Shown here in pieces: positions 10,626 to 20,829 of a stretch of DNA of 64,000 bases. The stretch is taken from NCBI GenBank assembly GCA_950097015.1, contig CATNEN010000032.1, forward strand, positions 2,480,001-2,544,000. Reading direction: 5' to 3'. Under the pieces are notes generated by a model. That model was not told the origin of the DNA and did no database searches. It saw only the letters and a program-made list of their open reading frames with translations. The position numbers were made by a program, and so were the translations under genes. The stretch comes from Macrostomum hystrix. Lineage: Eukaryota > Animalia > Platyhelminthes. Positions within the stretch are counted from its first letter, which is position 1, and the number at the start of each line of letters is the position of its first letter.

Positions 10626-12692
10626 TCAATCCTCATCGCTGTCAAACACAATTCGTTTGGGTCGCTTGGCATTAGAATCGGAGGCGGAAGCAGAAGTGGA
10701 AGCAGAAGCGGAAGCAGAAGCGGAAGCGGAAGCAGATGCGGAAGCCTCGTCAACTTCAGCGCTGGTCGCTGTTCGTTTAACACCTGCAGGGTTTCTGGGC
10801 GGCCCGCTCAGGGGACAATCCGGTCGATGCTTCTCTTCCCAGTCGCGCACAATTTTATCCCAATAGTCCAGTTCCTCCTGGCCAGTCAGCAGCTGGACGC
10901 TGAGCGGAGGCGCCAGCTGCAGTGCCAGGACACGCTGGGCAGCAGCGGAGTCGCGGCATCGCAGATTGGCCAAGCCGCCGGCTTCGTCAACATCGATGTA
11001 GGCGATTGAGTCGCGATCGTCGGCGAGTAGTTCGCGAATGCGCTTCCTAGAGAGGCCGCCGGTTGCATCCGACAGGCGGATGATCAGGCCAGGTGAGAAG
11101 CGCAGATGCGAAGGCGGACCGCTGCCGCTGACACAGACGTCGGCATCGCTGACAGTTGCAACAACTTGACGATGTCCAGCTGTGGCATGACGATGATCGC
11201 AATCTCGATTGGCTTCAGCTGATTTAGCCTAGAATAAATACGAATAAGATTCAGACTGAGAGTGAATGAGATTCAGGCTGAGAGTGAATGAGATTCAGGC
11301 AGGTGTGAATGAGATTCAGGCTGAGAGTGAATGAGATTCAGGTTGAGAGTGAATGAGATTCAGGCTGAGAGTGAATGAGATTCAGACTGAGAGTGAATGA
11401 GATTCAGGTTGAGAGTGAATGAGATTCAGGCTGAGAGTGAATGAGATTCAGACTGAGAGTGAATGAGATTCAGGCAGGTGTGAATGAGATTCAGGCTGAG
11501 ATTGAATGAGATTCAGACTGAGAGTAAATGAGATTCAGGCAGGTGTGAATGAATATCCAGGTTCACTCCGCACCTTCTGAATCCGCTTACGCAGCTTGGC
11601 AATCTCTCTATCTCTCTTCGCCTTGAGTTCATCGCGCAGGCGAAGCCACTCAGTCTTGGGTATCACAGCCAGTCTAACACCTGATTTGGTATCGGACGCG
11701 CCGGAGTCAGGATTGGTCGGACCGCACAGCCAACCGGAAGTGGAATCACCTCCGCTGTCGCAGCCGCCGCAGCCCTGGTCGTGAAGTGCGGTCTCCAACT
11801 GGGTGGTGTCAATCTTCAACAGCTCGGCAGATTTTAGCAGAGATTTCACCTGGCTGCTGAACTTCGGCAGCCGGGCGCGCCAATGAGAGCGGGGCACGGA
11901 GCCGAGGCGCTCCACAGCCAGCTGGGCCTCTTGGGAAGTTTCAAATTCGACAAATGCGAAGCCCTTGGAATCGCCGGTGCTTCGATAGCGAGGCAAACTG
12001 ATGTACAGCACCTGGCAAGGTGAGTTGGGTTATGCCACATGTACGCTTGTGACACAGACGTAGCTATCGCTTTTAAAGGCTGCGTACAGCTGTTCAGTCC
12101 ATTAACTCAACTACGTGCTCAATGAAAAATGGTTACTTAAGGGCAGAGATACGAACCCCTGAACTATCGCTACATGCTTCCTTTATGAAGTACTCCCAAA
12201 CAGTAACAAATAGAATGCCAAGCCTACCTTGCCAACAGTGGAGAACATTTTAGTCACTGAGTCGTGATCAACTAACTGGCTACCGGAGCCGCCCAGGCCG
12301 TCAACGTAGACGGTTCTCTCGTCAACAGGTTCCAGCTGGCGCAGCGGCACGGCGCGGCGCACCCGGCGCCCATTGTCTTCTAGCGCCAGTAGGCGCGAGG
12401 CCTCGATGGCGCGGCGAAGATGACTCAAAATAGCGTCGCGCTCGGTGACGCCCGCTGCTCGGCAGAGATTTACAATGCGATTAAACTTAAGAAACAATTT
12501 CAAAGGCAGGCATTGGTCGGAGTGCTTTGCTAATTCGGAGCTCAGAAAGCGATCTTTTAAAAGATTTCCTTCGCCCAGGTAGAACTCCAGCTGACGCGTT
12601 AATTGCTCAGTTAAATTGCATGCGCTCGCTAAGCCTGTCGAAGCCGCGGCGGTGGCGGGCTTACTGCCGCTACTGCTGCCACTGCTAGAGGC
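10626..12692 (-). CDS. LARP7: La-related protein 7 (7SK/U6-binding), 3 exons
   Basis: Exons 12692-12228, 12011-11574, 11228-10626, all phase 0. La motif [20 protein letters not shown]; RRM1 [24 protein letters not shown]; x[12 protein letters not shown]...IAYIDVDE...[17 protein letters not shown]; C-terminal [10 protein letters not shown]. Confidence 0.93.
11240..11550. repeat. 22-bp minisatellite (GAGATTCAGGCTGAGAGTGAAT) filling LARP7 intron 2
   Basis: Tandem repetition between acceptor 11229-11231 and donor 11573. Confidence 0.93.
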
Positions 12693-12859
12693 CTGAAGTG
12701 AATTTTGACACAATGTTTAAGCTGCGGCTTATCGACCGATATGGCGGCTTATCTAATAGATCAAAGGGTGGGTTTCTGGTGGCTAATAAATAAAATTTAA
12801 GTGACGGATACGAGCGTATATAGGCAGGCATTTCAAAAAAATCAAACTGATGTATGTAT

Positions 12860-13430
12860 CGCGGCTTATCTAAAAGATCAAAGTGGTGGATATATGGCGG
12901 CTTATCTAATAGATCAAAGTGGTGGATATATGGCGGCTTATCTAATAGATCAAAGTGGTGGATATATGGCGGCTTATCTAATAGATCAAAGTGGTGGATA
13001 TATGGCGGCTTATCTAATAGATCAAAGTGGTGGATATATGGCGGCTTATCTAATAGATCAAAGTGGTGGATATATGGCGGCTTATCTAATAGATCAAAGT
13101 GGTGGATATATGGCGGCTTATCTAATAGATCAAAGTGGTGGATATATGGCGGCTTATCTAATAGATCAAAGTGGTGGATATATGGCGGCTTATCTAATAG
13201 ATCAAAGTGGTGGATATATGGCGGCTTATCTAATAGATCAAAGTGGTGGATATATGGCGGCTTATCTAATAGATCAAAGTGGTGGATATATGGCGGCTTA
13301 TCAAATTGATCAAAGTGGTGGATATATGGCGGCTTATCTAATAGATCAAAGTGGTGGATATATGGCGGCTTATCTAATAGATCAAAGTGATGGATAAGTG
13401 GCGGCAATTCAGAAATATCAAAGTGGTGGA
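12860..13430. repeat. 36-bp highly homogeneous minisatellite (GATCAAAGTGGTGGATATATGGCGGCTTATCTAATA)
   Basis: About 15 near-identical copies with no spacers. Confidence 0.97.
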
Positions 13431-14112
13431 TATATGGCGTTATATCTAAATGTTCAAGAGTGTAGTGGTGGCGTGTGGTGGTCTTCTTAAGTGTTTAATG
13501 ATGCGCGTGTTTAGCGGCCAATCTGAACAAACAAAGGAGCTGTTTTATTAAAGTATGAGGTAAATAGGTAGAAGAAAAATATAAAAAGAAATGCTTTACG
13601 AGCTGCCCCAGTCAAATCTGTGGCTGATATAGTTGAAAGCTTTATTAAAAATGTAACGAAACCTGTACATTCTAATATACTCGTACATCAATGACAAACT
13701 AAGTCAGGTCTGGTGATTGCAAGATGACAGGCAAACAACAAAATCTAAAAATCTAGCTTTTGTTATATTAAAATAAGTTTTTTATAAGAATGAAGATTCG
13801 AGCTCGAGATCCACAAGTGGTTATCGCACATACTTGAAGGAACATGTTGGCATTATTGGCATTAGCACTCAAAACCATTCAAATGCGTTTTAACAAGCAT
13901 ATTTTAAAATAAAAATAAGGACCTGTAAGAACTGTATAAACAAAACTAATACTTCAACAACCAACTTAGCTTTTCATCAGGCTAAGCAACAAGAAATTGT
14001 AAATTGATAACTAGGCCAACTTCATACGAAGTATCAGCTGACAGCCCGATAGCCATAGCAACCATGGAAACAAAAAACAAAAATGTACATTAGCAACCAA
14101 GCGTCCAGGCAG

Positions 14113-14448
14113 CTAAGCTGTCTTCACTTCAGCAGCAGCCACCTTCCAGGACCTCACTAACTGGCGCGAGGTGCAGACAGCTTCGAGCAGTTCAGAGGGC
14201 GGCGGTTTGTTTGTCCGGCCGCTAGCTCGCAGCCAGCATGCCAGCAGAAATTCCAATTCCCGTCTGGCCGTGATTATCTTGGCCCGCAGGCGCTCGTTCT
14301 CTGCTCGAGCCGCATCGGAGCGCAGCTTTAATTGGCTGCGCCGGTCTGCTTGAAGTTTTCGATACCGCCGATTGGCCAGCGTAGTTGGAGTTAGAGACGG
14401 CTCCGGCGCAGCTGCTGCTGCAACGCGGCCAGGTCTTCGTCGGGTCAT
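14113..14448 (-). CDS. Small (111 aa) bZIP-like protein with non-canonical basic region
   Basis: ATG at 14448, 7 nt after the acceptor TTGCAG (14456-14458). Basic stretch LANRRYRKLQADRR followed by heptads L..A..L..A..L containing ENERL. Confidence 0.7.
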   Translation of the reverse strand: MTRRRPGRVAAAAAPEPSLTPTTLANRRYRKLQADRRSQLKLRSDAARAENERLRAKIITARRELEFLLACWLRASGRTNKPPPSELLEAVCTSRQLVRSWKVAAAEVKTA

Positions 14449-14644
14449 CGGGGAGCTGCAACAGGAGAAATGGAGATTTAGAGAGGCCTTCTGAAATGAG
14501 CAGTTTGATTATCTGTATTCTGGAATGACCGATGAATGAGCTGCTATAGATCTTAATCCTATACACCCTATATGAATAGATAGAAATGACATAGCCAAGT
14601 CGGACGCGATGTCCAGATGGAGTCCATGGACAGGGGGATGCCAC

Positions 14645-14690
14645 ACTCACCCAGATTACGACACCAGCAAATGCCTGCGCTTATTTTATA
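14645..14690 (-). promoter_or_regulatory. Candidate TATA box (TATAAAA) and first-intron donor (GTGAGT) of the bZIP gene
   Basis: TATAAAA on minus at 14690-14684, GTGAGT at 14650-14645, acceptor at 14456. Implies a very short non-coding exon 1. Confidence 0.45.
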
Positions 14691-14799
14691 GCTAATATAA
14701 ACAATAATCTGAGACGGGGAATCTAACACAAACTAAAGGATCTAGAAGAAAATCTAAATTACTACATCGGGCCGCATCGCCAAAGGATAGATTAGTCAA

Positions 14800-17330
14800 T
14801 GGAGAGATGAGACACGGGAGCGATGAGACACGGTAGAGATGAGACAGGAGAGAGACGAGACACGGGAGAGATGAGACACGGTAGAGATGAGACAGGAGAG
14901 AGACGAGACACGGGAGATAAGAGACACGGGAGATGAGAGACACGGGAGATAAGAGACACGGGAGATAAGAGACACGGGAGATAAGAGACACGGGAGATAA
15001 GAGACACGGGAGATAAGAGACACGGCAGAGATGAGACACGGGAGATGAGAGACACGGGAGATGAGAGGCACGGGAGATGAGAGACACGGGAGATAAGAGA
15101 CACGGGAGAGATGAGACACGGGAGATGAGAGACACGGGAGATGAGAGACACGGCAGAGATGAGACACGGGAGATGAGAGACACGGGAGATGAGAGACACG
15201 GGAGATGAGAGACACGGGAGATAAGAGACACGGCAGAGATGAGACACGGGAGATGAGAGACACGGGAGATGAGAGGCACGGGAGATGAGAGACACGGGAG
15301 ATAAGAGACACGGCAGAGATGAGACACGGGAGATGAGAGACACGGGAGATGAGAGACACGGGAGATGAGAGACACGGGAGATGAGAGGCACGGGAGATAA
15401 GAGACACGGGAGATGAGAGACACGGGAGATAAGAGACACGGGAGATAAGAGACACGGGAGATAAGAGACACGGCAGAGATGAGACACGGGAGATGAGAGA
15501 CACGGGAGATGAGAGGCACGGGAGATGAGAGACACGGGAGATAAGAGACACGGCAGAGATGAGACACGGGAGATGAGAGACACGGGAGATGAGAGGCACG
15601 GGAGATGAGAGACACGGGAGATAAGAGACACGGCAGAGATGAGACACGGGAGATGAGAGACACGGCAGAGATGAGACACGGGAGATGAGAGACACGGGAG
15701 ATGAGAGGCACGGGAGATGAGAGACACGGGAGATGAGAGACACGGGAGATAAGAGACACGGCAGAGATGAGACACGGGAGATGAGAGGCACGGGAGATGA
15801 GAGACACGGGAGATAAGAGACACGGCAGAGATGAGACACGGGAGATGAGAGACACGGGAGATGAGAGACACGGGAGATGAGAGGCACGGGAGATAAGAGA
15901 CACGGCAGAGATGAGACACGGGAGATGAGAGACACGGGAGATGAGAGGCACGGGAGATGAGAGGCACGGGAGATGAGAGACACGGGAGATAAGAGACACG
16001 GCAGAGATGAGACACGGGAGATGAGAGACACGGGAGATGAGAGACACGGGAGATGAGAGGCACGGGAGATGAGAGACACGGGAGATAAGAGACACGGCAG
16101 AGATGAGACACGGGAGATGAGAGACACGGGAGATGAGAGGCACGGGAGATGAGAGACACGGGAGATGAGAGGCACGGGAGATGAGAGACACGGGAGATAA
16201 GAGACACGGGAGATAAGAGACACGGCAGAGATGAGACACGGGAGATGAGAGACACGGGAGATAAGAGACACGGGAGATGAGAGACACGGGAGATGAGAGA
16301 CACGGGAGATGAGAGACACGGGAGATGAGAGACACGGGAGATGAGAGACACGGGAGATAAGAGACACGGGAGATAAGAGACACGGCAGAGATGAGACACG
16401 GGAGATGAGAGACACGGGAGATGAGAGACACGGGAGATGAGAGGCACGGGAGATAAGAGACACGGAGATAAGAGACACGGCAGAGATGAGACACGGGAGA
16501 TGAGAGACACGGGAGATAAGAGACACGGGAGATGAGAGACACGGGAGATGAGAGACACGGGAGATAAGAGACACGGGAGATGAGAGACACGGGAGATGAG
16601 AGACACGGGAGATAAGAGACACGGGAGATAAGAGACACGGCAGAGATGAGACACGGGAGATGAGAGACACGGGAGATGAGAGACACGGGAGATGAGAGGC
16701 ACGGGAGATAAGAGACACGGCAGAGATGAGACACGGGAGATGAGAGACACGGGAGATGAGAGGCACGGGAGATAAGAGACACGGCAGAGATGAGACACGG
16801 GAGATGAGAGACACGGGAGATGAGAGACACGGGAGATGAGAGGCACGGGAGATAAGAGACACGGGAGATGAGAGACACGGGAGATAAGAGACACGGGAGA
16901 TAAGAGACACGGCAGAGATGAGACACGGGAGATGAGAGACACGGGAGATGAGAGACACGGGAGATGAGAGGCACGGGAGATAAGAGACACGGGAGATAAG
17001 AGACACGGGAGATGAGAGACACGGCAGAGATGAGACACGGGAGATGAGAGACACGGGAGATGAGAGACACGGGAGATGAGAGGCACGGGAGATAAGAGAC
17101 ACGGGAGATGAGAGACACGGGAGATAAGAGACACGGGAGATAAGAGACACGGCAGAGATGAGACACGGGAGATGAGAGACACGGGAGATGAGAGACACGG
17201 GAGATGAGAGGCACGGGAGATAAGAGACACGGGAGATAAGAGACACGGGAGAAAAGAGACACGGGAGATAAGAGACACGGGAGAAAAGAGACACGGGAGA
17301 TAAGAGACATGGGAGAAAAGAGGCACGGGA
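14800..17330. repeat. 16-bp satellite (GAGATGAGAGACACGG, with 14-bp variants)
   Basis: Tandem array. The stop-free minus strand explains the three 860-930 aa pseudo-ORFs. Confidence 0.97.
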
Positions 17331-17770
17331 GAGATAAAAACAGGGAAGAGAATTGAACCGCGCAAGAAAATAAAACACAAAAAACGTTATTCCCAAAACA
17401 CGCGTTAGTTTGAATCTGCAACTTGGCCAAATATAATGTACTTCGCTTGCCAAAAAATGCTAGAAAATCAAACGACAATCAGCACAGAAGCGTAGAGCAT
17501 ATAAGTTCATGAAATGCCTAAAATTTCTGCAGAAACTTATGACTCGGACTGCTCAAAGAAGATTGTGTCAGAAGCTCAGAATGCAGCAGCGGGTTGCAGG
17601 GGTATTCAGGGGTTGCAGGGATTGCATTCTGGGGTTGCAGGGAAGGGTTGTAAGCTAGTTCGAATCGCTAAGCATCGCTGTCGTAAATGTAATGCCCAAC
17701 CAACGAAGCAATGATGTAACCGCAGCATCACAAAGCTGACAGATATAAATAGCAAGACAGCCGCGGTCGT

Positions 17771-19554
17771 CTACTTCAAGCGACCCTCTCGAATCAGCTC
17801 CTCTTTCCGGCGGCGTCGGAACTCCTTCCTGGACAGACGGCCGGACTGCTGTCGACGAGCCTCCAGCCGCTGACGCTGACGCTGCTGCTTGGCGCCAGAG
17901 CCGGCAATGCCGTCGCGAGCTCGCCGTTTTGGCGCCTTCGGCAGGCCGCCCTGAACGCCCTCCGGCTTCGGGATGCGAGTCTGAAGCACCATCGCCGACG
18001 CGCCGGCCTGACCGGAGGCGGCCGCTCGGCCCAGTTTCTTCCTGAGCGCCGACTGTCGCTCCAATGAGAACTGCGCCACAAGGCGCCGGCCGTCGGGCAG
18101 GGCGGGGCCAACGCGAGCAGCTTCCACGGCGCGCGCCGCGTGCTCGTGATCGCCGTAGGCTACAAAAGCGAAGCCGCGACTTCGGCCGGCCACTTTGGCG
18201 CCTGGAGCCAGCTGGGCATCAGCGCCGTCCATCCTGGCCGTGTCGCGCATGATGCGGCACTCCACAATGCGACAGCCCGGCCCGCCGAGCCGTTGAAATG
18301 CCCGACGCAGGTCGCGATCGGATAGTTCGCGCGGCAAGCCGTGGACGCACAGGCGAGTCGGGCTGATCAGCACGTCCGGATTGCGCAGCGCGTCGCGGGC
18401 GCGTTTTTCTAGCTGCTCGCGCAGCGCCAGCTCCGCCTCGGGAACGCCTTCGGCCTCCTTACTGCCGCGCCGAAGTTGGCCGGCTCTGTTGGGGAGAAAG
18501 TTATTTATTTTAATAATGTCTATTTAAAATAAAATAAACACTATTTAAGACACAGTGAGAGTGTGTTGATGAGAAAGTCAAGGCCTCTCACGCCAAGGTC
18601 CCTGAGCTCGATTCCACGGCGATGCCACAATAAACGGGGGCGCAGCACCGCGGAGAGAAGGCTTGGTGGCTTGTTGTGCAATTTAAGCCCTTGGGGACCA
18701 ACCTCCAAGGCACAGAGAGTGTACACTGCCTGACGATGAGAAAGTAAGGGCAGATGAACACACATCTACACCTGTATGAATGTGTGCCTGCATACAGTAT
18801 CTGTGCGTGTGTGCTCACGGATCGGCGAAATCGCCCCCTCGCTGGCTGCGGGTCGAGTGTCGCACAATTGTCCAAGCCCAAATTAGTGTCTATAAATATC
18901 TGTTGCTAACCTGGCCAGGTGCAAGTTGCGCTTGCCAGCGCTGGCTCTCTTTCGCTGCTCGTTAGCAGCCGCCGCCGCGGCAGCAGACGCGCTAGCTGGT
19001 GTCTTGTCAATCTGAGCCAGTTTGTCCCGACTAACAGCCAGGCAGAGTCGGAGAATGTTGCCGTCTAGTCGGAAACTGCGCGACTGGTCGGCTGCCCAAC
19101 GCAACAGGCAGGCGTCCGCGTCTGATTTTAAACGAAATTTGACAAAAGCCTGGCCGCGCGAATGCTCCGTTAGCCGATCGCGCACAATGCGGCACTCCTG
19201 CACTGGGCCGGCGTTAGTCTCAAAATATTGGCGCAATTCTTCCGCCTTAGTGTTGAAATTCACATTGCGAACGAATATTGTGCGACCCTCGTTGGCGTCG
19301 TTTAAAATGAGCTTCTGATTCTGTTTCTTCTGCTGAGGCTCCTCGGACTCCTCTTTGTCACTGTCGGCTTCATCAGAGTCTTCAACTGGCTGCCCAGGCT
19401 GATGCTTGCGTTTGTGATTCTTAGGCTGCTCAGGCGGCAAGCTAAACGGCTGAAGCTTGTCTTCCAATGCTGTCACATTCTTCTTTGGTGCCTTCTTGAG
19501 CTTCTTCTGCTTTAACTGCCTGACGGCCCTCGCCGAGTCCTCGCTGTCCACCTC
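17771..19554 (-). CDS. RBM28: RBM28/Nop4-like nucleolar RNA-binding protein (RRM3 + RRM4 region only), 2 exons
   Basis: Exons 19554-18911 and 18485-17771 (phase-2 join). GRTIFVRNVNF...RDRLTEHSRGQAFVKF; linker RNLHLARAGQLRRGSKEAEGV; SPTRLCVHGLP...ECRIMRD...GRSRGFAFVAYGDHEHA...VAQFSLE. Confidence 0.88.
18735..18860. repeat. Dispersed repeat copy 1 (in RBM28 intron), homologous to 55756-55877
   Basis: Shared GATGAGAAAGT.AGGGCAGATG...GTGTGCCTGC.TACAGTATCTGTG...GTGTGTGCTCA...CTCGCTGGCTGCGGGTC.AGTGTC. Confidence 0.8.
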
Positions 19555-19637
19555 CTGCAAGAGGATCGATTCAATGAGACTGCGAAAGTGGGAACTAAAT
19601 ATCCCTGTCACCCTGAAAACTAACATATGATATTATT

Positions 19638-19745
19638 GGATACCTGCAGTTGGATCTGGGATACCTGCAGTTGGATCTGGGATACCTGCAGTTGGATCTG
19701 CGATAGCTGCAGTTGGATCTGGGATACCTGCAGTAGGATCTGAGG
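19638..19745. repeat. 21-bp short tandem repeat (GGATACCTGCAGTTGGATCTG) x5
   Basis: Direct inspection. Confidence 0.9.
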
Positions 19746-20037
19746 AAGCGGATATTTTTATATTTAACCCGAGGATCTAAGATGCTAATTAAAATAAAAC
19801 AGTCATAAGAAAGGCTAAATACAAAACAAATATATTTAATACTTCACATAGCCTAATTTAACCAAAAATACATTTGTACAAAAGTCTTAATGTAGCAGAA
19901 ATACAAAAAAAGACCAACTTGTTGACAAGTCACACAAAGTATTAGGAATCAGAAACAAAATGCAAGCTACTGACAGTCGGTAAGTTCGCACTCTCTTATC
20001 TGAAATCGGTATCAGACATGAATGAAAGCAGAACTAT

Positions 20038-20319
20038 TCACAGCGATCGACTCTGCTTCTGAGCACTGCTCCCGCCTCCGCCGCCATCTCCGTCGCTAAG
20101 CAGAGTCCGATGAAGCGAGCCCAGGCCAACATAGAGCAGCGCTGCAGCCAGGCCGCCGCCCAGGGCGTAATAAGCGGCCAATTCGAAGCCATAATAGCGA
20201 GCCCTCTGCTTAGCAACAGTGCGAACAATGTACACACTGGCTAGTGCTGGCACAATGCCCGTGTACTTGCACAGGCTGCAGCCTTCCCAGCGTTTAACTT
20301 GAGTCTGACGGTCAGTCAT
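20038..20319 (-). CDS. Small membrane protein, DMAC1/DUF4536-like (93 aa)
   Basis: Intronless ORF. CxxC (CSLCKYTGIVPALASVYIV) followed by two hydrophobic segments, the layout of the DUF4536 family. Acceptor CCAG 6 nt upstream of the ATG. Confidence 0.55.
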   Translation of the reverse strand: MTDRQTQVKRWEGCSLCKYTGIVPALASVYIVRTVAKQRARYYGFELAAYYALGGGLAAALLYVGLGSLHRTLLSDGDGGGGGSSAQKQSRSL

Positions 20320-20829
20320 GTCAGTCTGGAATGGTTTTTACTAAGACTTCTCCAGAAATATTCAACCAATCGACTAAAATTCTCCGCTCTATGGCCGACG
20401 GACCAACTAGTTGGAGTACTGAATGCTTATTATTTAAACGACACATTTAAAAATATAAAAAAAGCAAATAAACTTTTTGTTCAACAAAATAAACTAGCAA
20501 ATTCTAATGCTAAACTTCATTTTTCATTGTATATTTAACAGTTTACAGATATATAAGATCGATAAGTCACACATATCTGGGTTGTCTTACGTCACTCTTT
20601 AATTAAAACTTATTTATTTGACAAATGTTGGGCTTGTGTTTAATCATGTCTACCACTGATTTGAAACCACGTACGTAGTGTAGCAAAAATTTAAGATAGA
20701 CTGTTGCACAATATTACGATTCACCCAATATTTGCTACAAGGAATGCCACTAGTAGGCAATCTATAAAGGATGTAGAAAATAAGTAAAGGGTTGGGATTA
20801 ATGTTTGATAATTAGAGAACAATAGGGAG

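Noticed and set aside
12685-13407. 36-bp repeats of CRISPR-like length and their 12-aa periodic ORFs
   Set aside because: Head-to-tail with no spacers, no cas genes, eukaryotic context.
14692-17478. Three 860-930 aa ORFs
   Set aside because: Translations of the stop-free strand of a 16-bp satellite; open in all three frames, which is diagnostic of non-coding repeat.
18566-18606. C/D snoRNA (TGATGA...CTGA) in the RBM28 intron
   Set aside because: On the strand opposite to the host gene and only about 38 nt between the boxes.
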